DNA of 64,000 nucleotides from Amoebophrya sp. A120. Its lineage: Eukaryota; Protista; Dinoflagellata. Below are positions 50,601-61,692 of this stretch, one piece after another. The stretch is taken from the NCBI GenBank assembly GCA_905178155.1, contig CAJINV010000003.1, positions 5,277,700 through 5,341,699 on the forward strand. Direction: 5' to 3'. The translations under genes were made by a program, and so were the position numbers. Position 1 is the first letter of the stretch. Each line of letters starts with the position of its first letter. Below the pieces are notes generated by a model. That model was not told the DNA's origin and searched no databases. It worked only from the letters and a program-made list of their open reading frames with translations.

Positions 50601-51152
50601 ATCGTGGCTGATCCTGTGTCGTACTACAACGTGAAGCCGGCGACCGTCAAGATCGACCTGGGCTCCAACCCGCCCGCCACTGTGTTTCCGGACCAAGCCC
50701 CGGACCACAAGGAAAGGGTGCACTGGTTCGACCTTCAGGAGCAGGCCGGTCAGGGGAAAATTCTTCTGACCGAAGACGTGGACTCGGCGGAAAAGGTGCG
50801 GCGCTACGAGTTTCAGCACCGGCTGCCGAGCGAAGAAACCGTGCTGGACTTGAAGACGTTCCCGGGCGCGCTGCAGTACTTCGTAAACCGTCCCCAGCAG
50901 ATCGCTGCCAGCGACGCCATCGCGGCGGACGACAAATCTGCCTACACAAACTGGTGGAAGGCCGCCTCCCGGTGCAACAAGATCAGAGTGATCACCACCG
51001 CGCAAATAGCTGCCGCTGATACCAAGATTCAGGAACTTACTCTGGAAATCGCGAATAACCCTGCCAACAAGGACGAACTGCAAAGGGAGCTGGACGACGT
51101 CAACAAGGTCCGCACGCAACTCGGATCAGACCAGGCAAAGATCTGCATTTGA
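47656..51152 (+). CDS. amino-acid transporter (Aa_trans/SLC38-like), multi-exon
   Basis: STFGAITSLLASIFGVGILEQPKA, PVCCLRDLSAL, AFACHF, TFPLF, LILPG; many TM segments. Confidence 0.8.
48500..48761 (+). mobile_element. introner family A
   Basis: tatggattgcaaaaatgtccgggtctggaa / ttccagacccagacatttttacatttgata; TSD ccatg; removal gives YTMELYV. Confidence 0.92.
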
Positions 51153-52220
51153 AACGACCCGACGAGAGGATGATGAGGCGGTTCTTTCATTTATGGGAGG
51201 GCCAGCAGGCCTATTCTGCACACGTGTTCTGCGCAAATTAGAAACATCGGCAGCTCTTTCATCGTCAATATCTTCATTCAGTTATAGATATCTAGTGATT
51301 GAGACTTCAGATGAAAATACGACGAGAGTAATCTAAAATGCAGGACTTTTTTGAACAATTGGTGAAACGCATTGGAAATGACTCAAAAAGCTGTGACGGT
51401 GAATACTCACTCACGAGACACCAGACAGGCGGGGCACAGGGAAAATTAGAAATTTTAGCACGAACAAATCTCTGTCGCTCTGGTGGAGCATGTACCCACC
51501 AAGTATAGCTGCGCTGTCACCCTTTCGAATCTGCTGCTACGATTCTTGTCAAATGCAACATTGTGTGTGCATGAAGGAAATCAAGAAGAAAGCACAAGAG
51601 ATTTAAGGGTGAAAGTAGAGGATGCAACGACAAATGAACTTGATCGACGTAGTTCACTACCACAAAGTGAGTGGGAACTTGCAGTTCTTCCACCCGACGG
51701 CCGGGGCGATGGGTGAAAAGAGTCTGTTCGAATAGATGGACTATTTGGATGATGGTTGTCAAAAGGGAAAGACAAAAGAAAAAGTGGGTTCTCCAGGACA
51801 GTTGGCGATGGATCCAATGATGATCAACACACGAGCAATACTGACTAAAGCACAAGCTGCTTTAAGGAATGCAAACTGCGTTGTGTATGTGTTGTTGTCC
51901 AATTTCTCATTTTTTTTACGATAATCATAATTTTTATTTTACCACGATGATCTACTAGCCGCAGTTTGAAGATTTTTTTAGATTGCAGTTTTTTTCGATG
52001 AGTTTCTACACCGTCCATGACGTGAAGGAAGGAATGGGATCTAGTACATCAGGGAGAGTCAGCTAATAAAAAAAGATATAAATACTTATGCTCTTGTGGG
52101 TCTAGAACTAGATCTTCTCCATTCGTTCTTTGTCAAGCCTTGAACAGTAACATTCCGGGTGTGTTTTGACTACACGACAATCGATTACATCTTGATGAGC
52201 CAGCACCAAGCCGAAAGAAA

Positions 52221-55200
52221 ATGAATAATTCAGCGACATCGACGTCATCGTCTGTCAGAAAACCTCCTGGCTCGGTGAAATTGGACCGTCGTAGCGCTGT
52301 CGGTAGTAAAAATGGCGAAAAAAGCGGGCGCCCCGCCTCCGCGGCCGCATTATTTACCGCGCAGCATTCGTCCACGAGGGAAGATAAAGCAACAGCAAGC
52401 ACAAGAGGCGGCGCGATACGTTTCGAGGACTCGAAGAAAGAGGAGGAGAGCCATACCGCCGAAGGATCTTCAAAATCGAACTCGAAGTCCACGTCGACAC
52501 GCAACGCAGGAGCTGGCGCGGGAAAAACAAAAAGTGCGGGGGAGCAGAAGGCAGCGTCCGCACCATCAGGAAACAAAACGAAGGATGGTGCAGCAACGTC
52601 GAAGGCCGTGACGGTAACGAAGAGCGAGTTGTCCAAGCATTTCCAGGGGTTGCCGGGGTTCGATCAACTTTACGCTCCGTTTGGAAAATCTCTACGAAAT
52701 CAGGCGACCTGGGTTTTACGGGAGTACGAGCAGGCATTTCACGATGCAGCTTCTGCGTCACTCGGCGGAACGTCCTCCCGGGCGGCGCTCCCTTCTGTGG
52801 GCGCTGTCGCTGCAGCCCTAAAACTTTTCCGCGAAGACCATGACATTCCCTTTATCGCGCGGTACCGAAAGGTCCAAACCGAGCACATGAATGAGGGACA
52901 CCTCCGCGCCGTCAAGAAAGGGCTGCAGCATTGCGATGAGTGCGAACGGAAACGCGGCAGCGTCTTGCTGTTGCTAGCAAAGAAAAACGTGCTGCGTCTT
53001 GGAGCAAATAATACTGCTCCTGACGAGGGTACTAAAAACAGAAGTAGTGCGATAATTATCAAAAGTGCGGTAGAAAACGCGAGGAACTTGGAGGAGCTGG
53101 AAGAGCTCTATGCTCCATACAAGGACTCGAAAGAAGACAAAGCAACACAAGCACGACAACTGCAGCTCGAGCCGATTGCGCTTGCGATGCTGCAGCAAAG
53201 GGACCGCGAAGCAAGGGGTCTACTGGACCAATTTATAGCGAAGAGCCAAGGTAGGGGTAGCGCTAACCACGTTTCAACAACCGTAATCTCCTTCGCACCA
53301 TCAGCGTATTCCTCGTCGTCGGCCACTCCGCAGGCACTTGCTGATTTGACACGAGTGGAAGTGGAGGAACTAGCAGTTTCGCTTGCCGCCGACGCGCTTT
53401 TCTGTGCGCGGCGGAAACCTGGGGACCTCAATGATCAGAATTCGTCCGCAGAGAATGAGAATGCGGATATTGGAGGTAATATTACGCGGAACAACGACAA
53501 GCATTATGATCAAGATCCGATGTACGGGACAAAACATGGGCGTTCAGTACGGGAAACCGACGTACGCACGTCTGCGAAACAACAAGAAATCGACTGGCCG
53601 CGGCGGTGCGTGGAGTACAGCAGCACTTTTTCGGCCCAGGCGAGCACAGCGAGCAAAGCAGCGGGGCCTGCTTCTGCCAAGGGAGCAAAGGCAGGGGGTA
53701 AATACGCAGAAAGCGGGTGGTCTTCGGCACACAAAGGGTCAGGGCGGGGCTACTACCAGGATCACAAAAAATTCGCTGAAGTCAAGAAGACGAACGACAA
53801 AAAAGACGCGGCCTCAACCAAGGCCGTTGATGCTCGCTTTCTTGCTGCAGTCGAGAAGTACGAACAATACGGTTCGTACTCGAAGCCGTTACACTCCGTG
53901 CGGGGGTACCAGTATCTTGCCATCCAGCGTGGGGTGGAGGCGAAAGTCTTGAAGGCGAGCTTTCAGTGGCACAAGGAGGAGCGCGCGCTGACGGAGGTGT
54001 GCTTCTCCGGGTATGGAGCCGCCTGCGCGAGTTTGCGAACCAGTAGTAGTGGGGACGAACGGACGGGCGGTGGATCATTTTCGTCCACGTCGCATTTTTT
54101 CCCGCCAAGGTGGGCCGAGCGTGACACGTTTTTGTCTGCGATCTTGAAGAAATGCATGCAGCGTCTGAAGTTGATGCTGCAAAGACAATACGGTCGGGAA
54201 TTGCGAGACCGGGCTCTAGACGAAGCGTTGCGCCAGTTCGGCGTGAACCTTGCGCAGAAGCTGCTCACGCCTCCGGCGCGGCTCTGGCTGGAAAATAAAG
54301 TCGGGGAACAAGACGACCGAAGTCGAGCGGGGCCGGATCTTCGCCAGCACAATATCAGAAATAAAGGAACGCTAGAACAACTAGATTCCACTGCCCCGTC
54401 CTCTACTCTGCTGCAGTCGTACCACATCCTGGCGCTGGACCCGGGATTTCGGCAAGGCACGAAGATGGCCGTGATTCACAGCGCCACCGGCCGGGTACTC
54501 GAGACGCAGACGCTGCATTTTCCCAAGGACAGCGAGCGACTGAGGGAAATCGTGTATTCCAAATACAAGCCGCGCATCCTCGCACTTGGAAACGGCTCGG
54601 GGTCCCAGGAAGTCGAGCAACATTTGCGCAAACTGGTCACGACAGGAGCTGGAGGTGCATCTCGTAGTTGTTCCACGACCCGGAACATGTCGACGGACGC
54701 AAAAATACTAGATGAAGAAGTGATGTTTTTCAAGTTTCTCGTGGTGGACGAAACGGGCGCCAGTGTGTACTCCGCGACGCAACTCGCGCAACAGGAACTG
54801 CCCGATCTGGATGTCACGCACCGGTCCGCCGTGAGCCTGGCGCGGCGGTTGGTGGACCCCCTGGCGGAGCTGTGCAAGGTTCCGCCGCAGTCGCTCGGGG
54901 TCGGCCAGTATCAGCACTCCGTACCAGAAAAGATGCTCGCGAAGGAGGCGCAGAGCTGTTTTGAAGAGAGCATCGCCGCCGTCGGGGTGGACCTCAACAC
55001 CTGTTCCGCGGAGCTGCTCCAATACGTGCCGGGGATCGGGCGGCAGCGGGCGCTGGACATCATCCGGGCCCGGGAGGAGAATTCTGGCTTCCGGACGAAG
55101 CTGGACCTGAAAAAGAAGGTGAAAGGCATCGGCGAGAAGGTGTTTCGGGAGTGCAGTGGGTTTCTGTACGTGAGCACGGCCGAGGACCTCTGCGATCGGA

Positions 55201-55946
55201 ACCCGCACATTCACCCGGAGCAGATGAAAATGGTGCGACTCTTGCAAGACGCCTTCGGCGGCACCGATCTCCCGTGTTTGACGTCTGTGCGCATTGATGA
55301 CGAGGATGATCGCAATCAGAATTATTCTGGACGAGAGCAGGTGGAAGTTGGTAAAAAAAGTGGCGAAGTGGATGTTGATCTCCGCTTTCCCCTGAAGTCT
55401 TCCGAGGGTACACGCCGATTGGAACGGGCGCTCGAAGCATATGTCGCGAAGAACTCGAACAACACGAAGGGTTCCATATCCATGGACGGACCGACAAATA
55501 ATCATGACTACGACATTCAGACCTTGCGGGAGCTTTGTCGTCAACTTGTTCCAGCGTCCAGAGGAGGACTGGCGGGGGTGGACCCCCGCAGCGAGAGACC
55601 CAAGCCTGTTTGCAGCTCGCTGGTGGCCCCGTCATCTACTTCAGGTTCTTTTTTCAGTAAGGATTCGTCCCGAGGAGGAAAAGGCACTGTCGGTGCGCGG
55701 CCGGGGGCCTCGACGTCGAGCCGAAAATTGGCCGCGGACGTGCGCCCGGGCGAACACTACGAAGGCGTGGTGCGCAACTTGACCGAGTTTGCGGCCTATG
55801 TCGACATCGGGGTCGGTGCGGACGCCTTTCTCCATATTTCGCGCTTCCAGGGACGGCGCTTTCAAGTTAACGAGGTCGTGCGCGTTCGTGTAGACACGAA
55901 CGAGTGGAAGGGCGGAAAACAACGCATCAGCATTTCGCTTGTTTGA
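52221..55946 (+). CDS. SRBD1: S1 RNA-binding domain protein 1 / Tex-like protein, intronless
   Basis: IPFIARYRK, LEELYAPYK, ILALDPGFRQGTK (YqgF), VDETGASVYSA, ARRLVDPLAEL..VPPQSLGVGQYQH, VDLNT HhH, C-terminal S1 GVVRNLTEFAAYVDIGV. Confidence 0.92.
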   Translation: MNNSATSTSSSVRKPPGSVKLDRRSAVGSKNGEKSGRPASAAALFTAQHSSTREDKATASTRGGAIRFEDSKKEEESHTAEGSSKSNSKSTSTRNAGAGAGKTKSAGEQKAASAPSGNKTKDGAATSKAVTVTKSELSKHFQGLPGFDQLYAPFGKSLRNQATWVLREYEQAFHDAASASLGGTSSRAALPSVGAVAAALKLFREDHDIPFIARYRKVQTEHMNEGHLRAVKKGLQHCDECERKRGSVLLLLAKKNVLRLGANNTAPDEGTKNRSSAIIIKSAVENARNLEELEELYAPYKDSKEDKATQARQLQLEPIALAMLQQRDREARGLLDQFIAKSQGRGSANHVSTTVISFAPSAYSSSSATPQALADLTRVEVEELAVSLAADALFCARRKPGDLNDQNSSAENENADIGGNITRNNDKHYDQDPMYGTKHGRSVRETDVRTSAKQQEIDWPRRCVEYSSTFSAQASTASKAAGPASAKGAKAGGKYAESGWSSAHKGSGRGYYQDHKKFAEVKKTNDKKDAASTKAVDARFLAAVEKYEQYGSYSKPLHSVRGYQYLAIQRGVEAKVLKASFQWHKEERALTEVCFSGYGAACASLRTSSSGDERTGGGSFSSTSHFFPPRWAERDTFLSAILKKCMQRLKLMLQRQYGRELRDRALDEALRQFGVNLAQKLLTPPARLWLENKVGEQDDRSRAGPDLRQHNIRNKGTLEQLDSTAPSSTLLQSYHILALDPGFRQGTKMAVIHSATGRVLETQTLHFPKDSERLREIVYSKYKPRILALGNGSGSQEVEQHLRKLVTTGAGGASRSCSTTRNMSTDAKILDEEVMFFKFLVVDETGASVYSATQLAQQELPDLDVTHRSAVSLARRLVDPLAELCKVPPQSLGVGQYQHSVPEKMLAKEAQSCFEESIAAVGVDLNTCSAELLQYVPGIGRQRALDIIRAREENSGFRTKLDLKKKVKGIGEKVFRECSGFLYVSTAEDLCDRNPHIHPEQMKMVRLLQDAFGGTDLPCLTSVRIDDEDDRNQNYSGREQVEVGKKSGEVDVDLRFPLKSSEGTRRLERALEAYVAKNSNNTKGSISMDGPTNNHDYDIQTLRELCRQLVPASRGGLAGVDPRSERPKPVCSSLVAPSSTSGSFFSKDSSRGGKGTVGARPGASTSSRKLAADVRPGEHYEGVVRNLTEFAAYVDIGVGADAFLHISRFQGRRFQVNEVVRVRVDTNEWKGGKQRISISLV

Positions 55947-56744
55947 CGTACTATATTTCGACGGAAGTACAAAGCGCAGCATGTCGCTAAAGTTGATATC
56001 GATTCAAGATTAATACCACAGAGATTGTTCTCTGTACCTCTGATGTCGATTGCGTCGCGGCAGCGACTCAACATGTGTTTGTTCGACTAGAATGAATCAG
56101 AATCGAGAAGCAGAAGGTGGTTTAGATGAAAAGTCGGTCCCGGTTCAAGTACGTTTCTGTCGGTGCTACTAGTAGAGTAAACGAAGACATCAGTAGAACA
56201 AAGTGGCGTCGTTTATGTCGGTATTATCGTGCAACAAGAACAAGTCTACTGAAACTCAAATACAAGCTCTGCAAGAACTTTTCTCTTCGGTGACTCTCGT
56301 ACGCAATATTCAGCAAGAAACCAACATGGAATATAGTCAGTAGAATGGAATTCGGTTTCGTGCACTAATGATTTTGAGTACTTGATTAGTAGAGCCGTCA
56401 GCCTTGGATATGAAAATGAATTCGGTGCCGTACAGACTTGTGTTTCATCAACAGAAACTACACGTTCAATCGTCCGTTATGTCGTGCAGTTTTGATCGTT
56501 TGTTTTGGTTTGAAATACGTGCGTAATACTATGTAGATTTCCCGCTTCGTCGGTGCAGATACAACACGCGTCCTCCGTCCTCAATTGCCAGAACATCAAC
56601 AACACACCACAGATCACATTTTCCCCAAGAAAACTTTTTCCCCTGCTCCACTTTATTTTACATTATCAATTTTCAACCTCTCTTCACTGTCAACATTTAT
56701 TTCTTCTACTGGAATCGCACCCAAAATTTTGCCATTCTAGTACT

Positions 56745-59700
56745 ATGTCCGGGTACAACGGTGTCCGGGGGATCGTTCCGGATGGCGCCAATAACGGAGC
56801 GAACCAACCGCCGCTGCGAGGGAGCCGATACGACAACATTGGGCGGGCCCGCGTGCAGGACGGAGCCGGGAACAACGACGGCGACGGCATGAGCCGCAGC
56901 GAGCGGCGCGCGCGGCTGTCGCGGAGACGGCAGAACGGGGAGATGGGCTCCGGGGACACGGGCGGCGTGGTGTCGGACCCGAATATGGACAACTCCCAGA
57001 ACAACAAGGCGCCCAACATGAACCAAAACCCGAACATGATGATGGGCACCATACCGGAACAGGGCCAGGCGGTCAACCTGCCGGGGCAGGTCCCGAGTCC
57101 CGAGCAGGTGATGGCGAAGGCGATGCCGCAGCAGTACAACGTCCCCTACCAGCAAATGCAAAATCCCGCCCAGCAGCCGGTCGCGCAGCAGCCCGCCCCG
57201 CCGCAGCCCCCGGCTCCGCAGCCACAACCCGTCGTGGCGCCGCCGCCCCCACCCCGGGAACCCACGCCCTACCTCAGGGGAGAAAATTTATCGCGCACGC
57301 CCGGATTCATGAGCAAAATCCTGATGGACGAGATCCGCGTGCACACCAACCGATCCGTCGTCACCGTGTCCCGCGCGGCGGCGGAGGATAGCGAAACCAT
57401 ATCCTTCACGGGCATGTTCCGAGACAAATACAATACGGTATTGTCACTCAAGATTTCTGCTTCTTTTTTGAAAGGACTTAAACTAGTAACGTGTCATGCG
57501 ACAGAAGATGAAGAACAGGAAAATGAAAACTCGTCTAATTTTCAAAAGATTTGTTCCTGTTGCGTTCAGACGAGGGGGCCAGCTCCGCCAGAATTACTAT
57601 GTCGATAAATCAATGGTATTTCATGCATGGACGCGGTCCGACTTCGGAACCAAGGGGATGCGGTTCCTCGTGTTACCCGAGTAGAATGCATGCCCATGCT
57701 ATCCTAGACCGAACGAGAAAAACAACGACGGTGAAGTGGTTCAGGGCCGCGAAGGTCGTTTCATACAATGTCGTAAAAGGAACACAGCTAGTACGACCTC
57801 TTTGCTAGTGTCGCCGAGACCGCCGTTGCTAATACGAATATCCAGAAATAGAAAAAAATCATCGCATGACAGGTACTGAGCACGGTAAATTACGTGGTGA
57901 CCCTTTCTTGGGCCAACCGAGGTTTTTGTATCCCGGCCTTATTCTTCTACTTTATCATTGCGGGCCGCTGCGCGCTCGCAGTCCACATTGATAGCGAGGG
58001 CGGCGACGAAAGCTGGCGGGACGTGCTCCGAACGTGCAAGGAGTGGGGCGAGCGTGGTAGCGATTACGTGCCATCCATGTTGACCTCCATCTTGCCTATC
58101 TTCCTGGTGGTGTTTTACGTGAATGCGGCGATCAAAAGGTGCGTGTTTTCCTGTGATTTTTCAAATTTTTTCATGACAACCAGCTGCAAAATCGAAATCG
58201 CCTGAGCACAACGAACTACTTCTGGTTCAGCCACCGAGGCAACCGAAGAACTTTTTGGATAGCTTTCATTGTTTGTACGATAATAATTCAATATGCACAT
58301 AAAAACTCGAAGAAAAAAAAGACAAAAAATGGAAATTTCGAACCCCGCACAGGTACTACAAAATGTACGACGCCTGCCGCGAGATGAGCGACATTACTGA
58401 TCAAGCCGTGGGAATCGCGCTGATCGACTTCCGCAAGCACCCGGAATGCATCAAGGAAGAGGTGCGTTGCCTGCACCTGGCACGCATGCTGGTTTTACTG
58501 CACACGGCAAGGGAGACGTACCCGGTGAAGACCTTTTTCCTCCCCCTCTGCGAGTGCTTCGGGGACAAGATGCACGGCATGCTCACCGAGAAGGAGACCA
58601 ACATGATCCGCCGCGAAGGCTACTCAGAACACTTGGCCCAGTACTTCGTGGTAAAAGCCTTGAACGTCACACACGCCGCAACACACAAGGGCCTCATCTC
58701 GCCACCCGGCTGCGCGGCACGGACCATGCACTTGATGAAAATGATGTACCGATAATGTTTTGCTGCTTGTGTGTAGTCGTTTTCTTTGTAGATGATCTTG
58801 ACCCGTGATCATGATGGAAGCATGCAAGGGAACAAGTGTAGTTCCAGTGACCAAATAATTGTGCCTCAATGATGTTGCGGCCCTGCTGCGTTATAATTTC
58901 GTGGAGCGGACTGATAGATTGGTGACTTTTTATGAATAGGAAATTTGAGAAGTTGTAAGTGCCTAAGTACAACAATGTCTTTATGGGGCCAACATCGGAC
59001 GACTGAAACTACAGGGACTCGTCGCAGAAGATCAAGTCGCTGACCAGCATGCAGTACCCGCCCACGTACACGTATTTGGTCTCCTCCACGGTCGGCATTT
59101 CCTGTATCCTGGAGATCGCCTTTGCGGGAACCCGGGTGGGGCTGCAGTGGAACACGATGATGTTCTGGGAGTCCTTCCTGATCACTTTCTCCCTCCTCGT
59201 CGCGCAGCAGGTGTGTCTGTTCGGTATCCTGGGTGTGGCCGGTGAGATGATTGACCCCTTCGGTCGCGACATTCGCGATTTCCCCATTCTGCAGGTAATG
59301 AGTGGTTTGTTTTTGGAAAAACAAAGTTGTTTATTTTACGGAGGACTCTTCAAGCCTAATGTGCTAGTATCGACCGGTGAAGGTCCGTTACCGTTTCTTT
59401 GCCTTCGTTCGAAGATGAATTTGAAAATTAATTCCATAAGAAGTAAATACGAACTACTTTTTTATGGCGTTTTTGGTGCAAAGTTGTAAAAGTATTTTTC
59501 TACTATCGTGAAAAAATAAAAAACAGATGTGCGTGGCGCCGCTGCAGCACACGGTGCAGTTGCTGTTCGAGTACAAGGATCTCCGAGACGACGCGGAAGC
59601 CAACATGTACCAAGATGAGCTGGGTGTCACGGAAAGCTGGGGCCCGCAAGGTGACCAGGACCTCACAAACAGACACACACGGCACGTGCAGAGGTTCAAG

Positions 59701-59832
59701 GAGAGCAGTATGCTCTCCTCCGAAGAACTTGCGAAAGTCGACCCGAAGCAACTCGGCGAGTCCTATTCTGCGGAGGCTGAGCGCATTTTGAACACCTTGA
59801 AAATAATGGCAAGCGAAGGCGAAACCGATTAA
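56745..59832 (+). CDS. bestrophin-like membrane protein, multi-exon
   Basis: IFLVVFYVNAAIKRY, YPPTYTYLV, AGEMIDPFGRDIRDFP resembles the bestrophin NPFGxDxxDF motif; GT-AG introns. Confidence 0.65.
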
Positions 59833-61692
59833 GGGGCCGATTGAGACGGAGTATGAATATCCGGGTCTTTTTTTCACGCTTGATTTTTTTTAGGACCACC
59901 ACATTAGTTTTTGTATACACTCTAACACTTTTAGCAAGTTGCGAGACACACTCAAGATTCACTGTATGATTTTTTGATTTAGCATTTTTTACGATTACGA
60001 TATTTTTTCCGTTATTCTAACTATTATACAACAACAAAAAAGTAGTTCGCTTCCTTCAGAACCTACGATATTTCTGCTTGAGTAATTTTTCCACTAGCGT
60101 TCTGGACTGGTCTTATGTATTTCTATTTATCACTTATTTTGCTTCTTCGCGTTGCTCTTGTTTTTTTGGGATTTTTTTGCATATCTTTTCTTTGTCTTCC
60201 GCCCAGCAAGAATATAACGGGACGAATACGTTTGTCCGAGATTGCATTTGGAAGCATGTCAACATGCATTCGAGTGAACCTTGTAAGCGCAGAGTGCGCT
60301 CGCTGCTGTACTACATCTGTGCCCGAAGAAGACATGCGAAATGAAAATCGATGAGCATTTCCTGTGGGCATCTGTGTACTAGGACATAAAGTAAAATATA
60401 AATTGCCCTGCCAAGAAGAGTAATAGTAACGATCTCCCCCCAACCTTCCGTGATTTCAATTTCTGATTAAACTGCCAAGTCGAGGAACAAGAGTGCACTA
60501 AAGCTCGCAACTACATGCGTTGAGTTGTAGCCGCGACAAGAGAAAACTTGTAGACGTATTTTCATAATCAGGAAGATCGACGGGCTTCAACATCAATAGT
60601 TTTTACCCCGGCGCTCAAATAGTATTACCCGGCACGAACATTTTGACAGTGCACCCCACTGCCTGAATCTTCTCGGATTTGTTTCTTGCGCAGATACTCC
60701 CTTTTTCTCTCTTTTTCTTCATTCTGTCAGAGCTTCAAGAACTGACGCAAAGTTCGCACTTCATGCTAGTTCGCGGTATCACTTGCAAAGCTGTGTTCTC
60801 GCCATTTGCTATGCTGTAGTGTGCTTGGAGTACGGCTCTCTCTGGCATTTTTTCTTTTTGATTGGACATATTCTTATTCGCTGCCACACATTGTTCAATT
60901 TTTTTGGGTCAGTCTTTGCGAATTGTCGTTCACATCAATTGCCTTTTTTCGTGCAAAATGAATGCTCCCAATGCGCATTGTAAAAGCAAGGGCGAGCCGC
61001 GCGAGGGCGTGCCGTGCCTCTTTTTTCGTGCTTTTTTGATGACCCGTGGTGTCGCTGTCGTTTGCCAGCAGTGCATCGTTCGTGCAAAATCGTCCTCCTC
61101 GTTTATCGTGCTTCAATCATATCGTTTTTATGTTTTTTCTGACTGGTGAGCTTCCTCTTCCACCTTGTTGTTTTTGTGACCATTTTTTTCCGCTTGGATT
61201 GATCTTCACGCCAGTGCGAACTTGTCTCATTTCTCCAAAAATCGAAAGAGCAGGTAGGTAGCCCCGCATACTGAGCCACGTGCTCCTCAACTCGATATCA
61301 GTACTTTACATCGATTTTTTTTTGTTTTCGTGCTGCTGGTTGAGAAAATTGCAACTCAGAGTAAGTACTATTATTACCGTCGGCACGTAGGTGATAGGTT
61401 TGTTTCGAAGGTGAAGCTAATTTAGGTCCCTGCTAGCAAGTTTTTTGTCTGTCATTTCCATGCGATTTGTACATATTTTTGGAGCGCCAGCACATACACA
61501 TCCAGATATTTTCATGGTGCAACCTTGTTGAAGTCTTTGTCATATGTTTCCGGAGATGTTGAATGTTGGGATCTTCGGAGGTTCTCTGTCCGGTTAAGTT
61601 GTAATTTTCGGGCCGATCAGGATCAAAATCGAGATCCACACGTTCACTTTTGGTTTTTAATTGTTTACCATCTTCGACATCTTCGGTCGACC

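Noticed and set aside
52221-55946. Bacterial Tex gene or contamination
   Set aside because: Long low-complexity insertions and intron-containing neighbours fit eukaryotic SRBD1.
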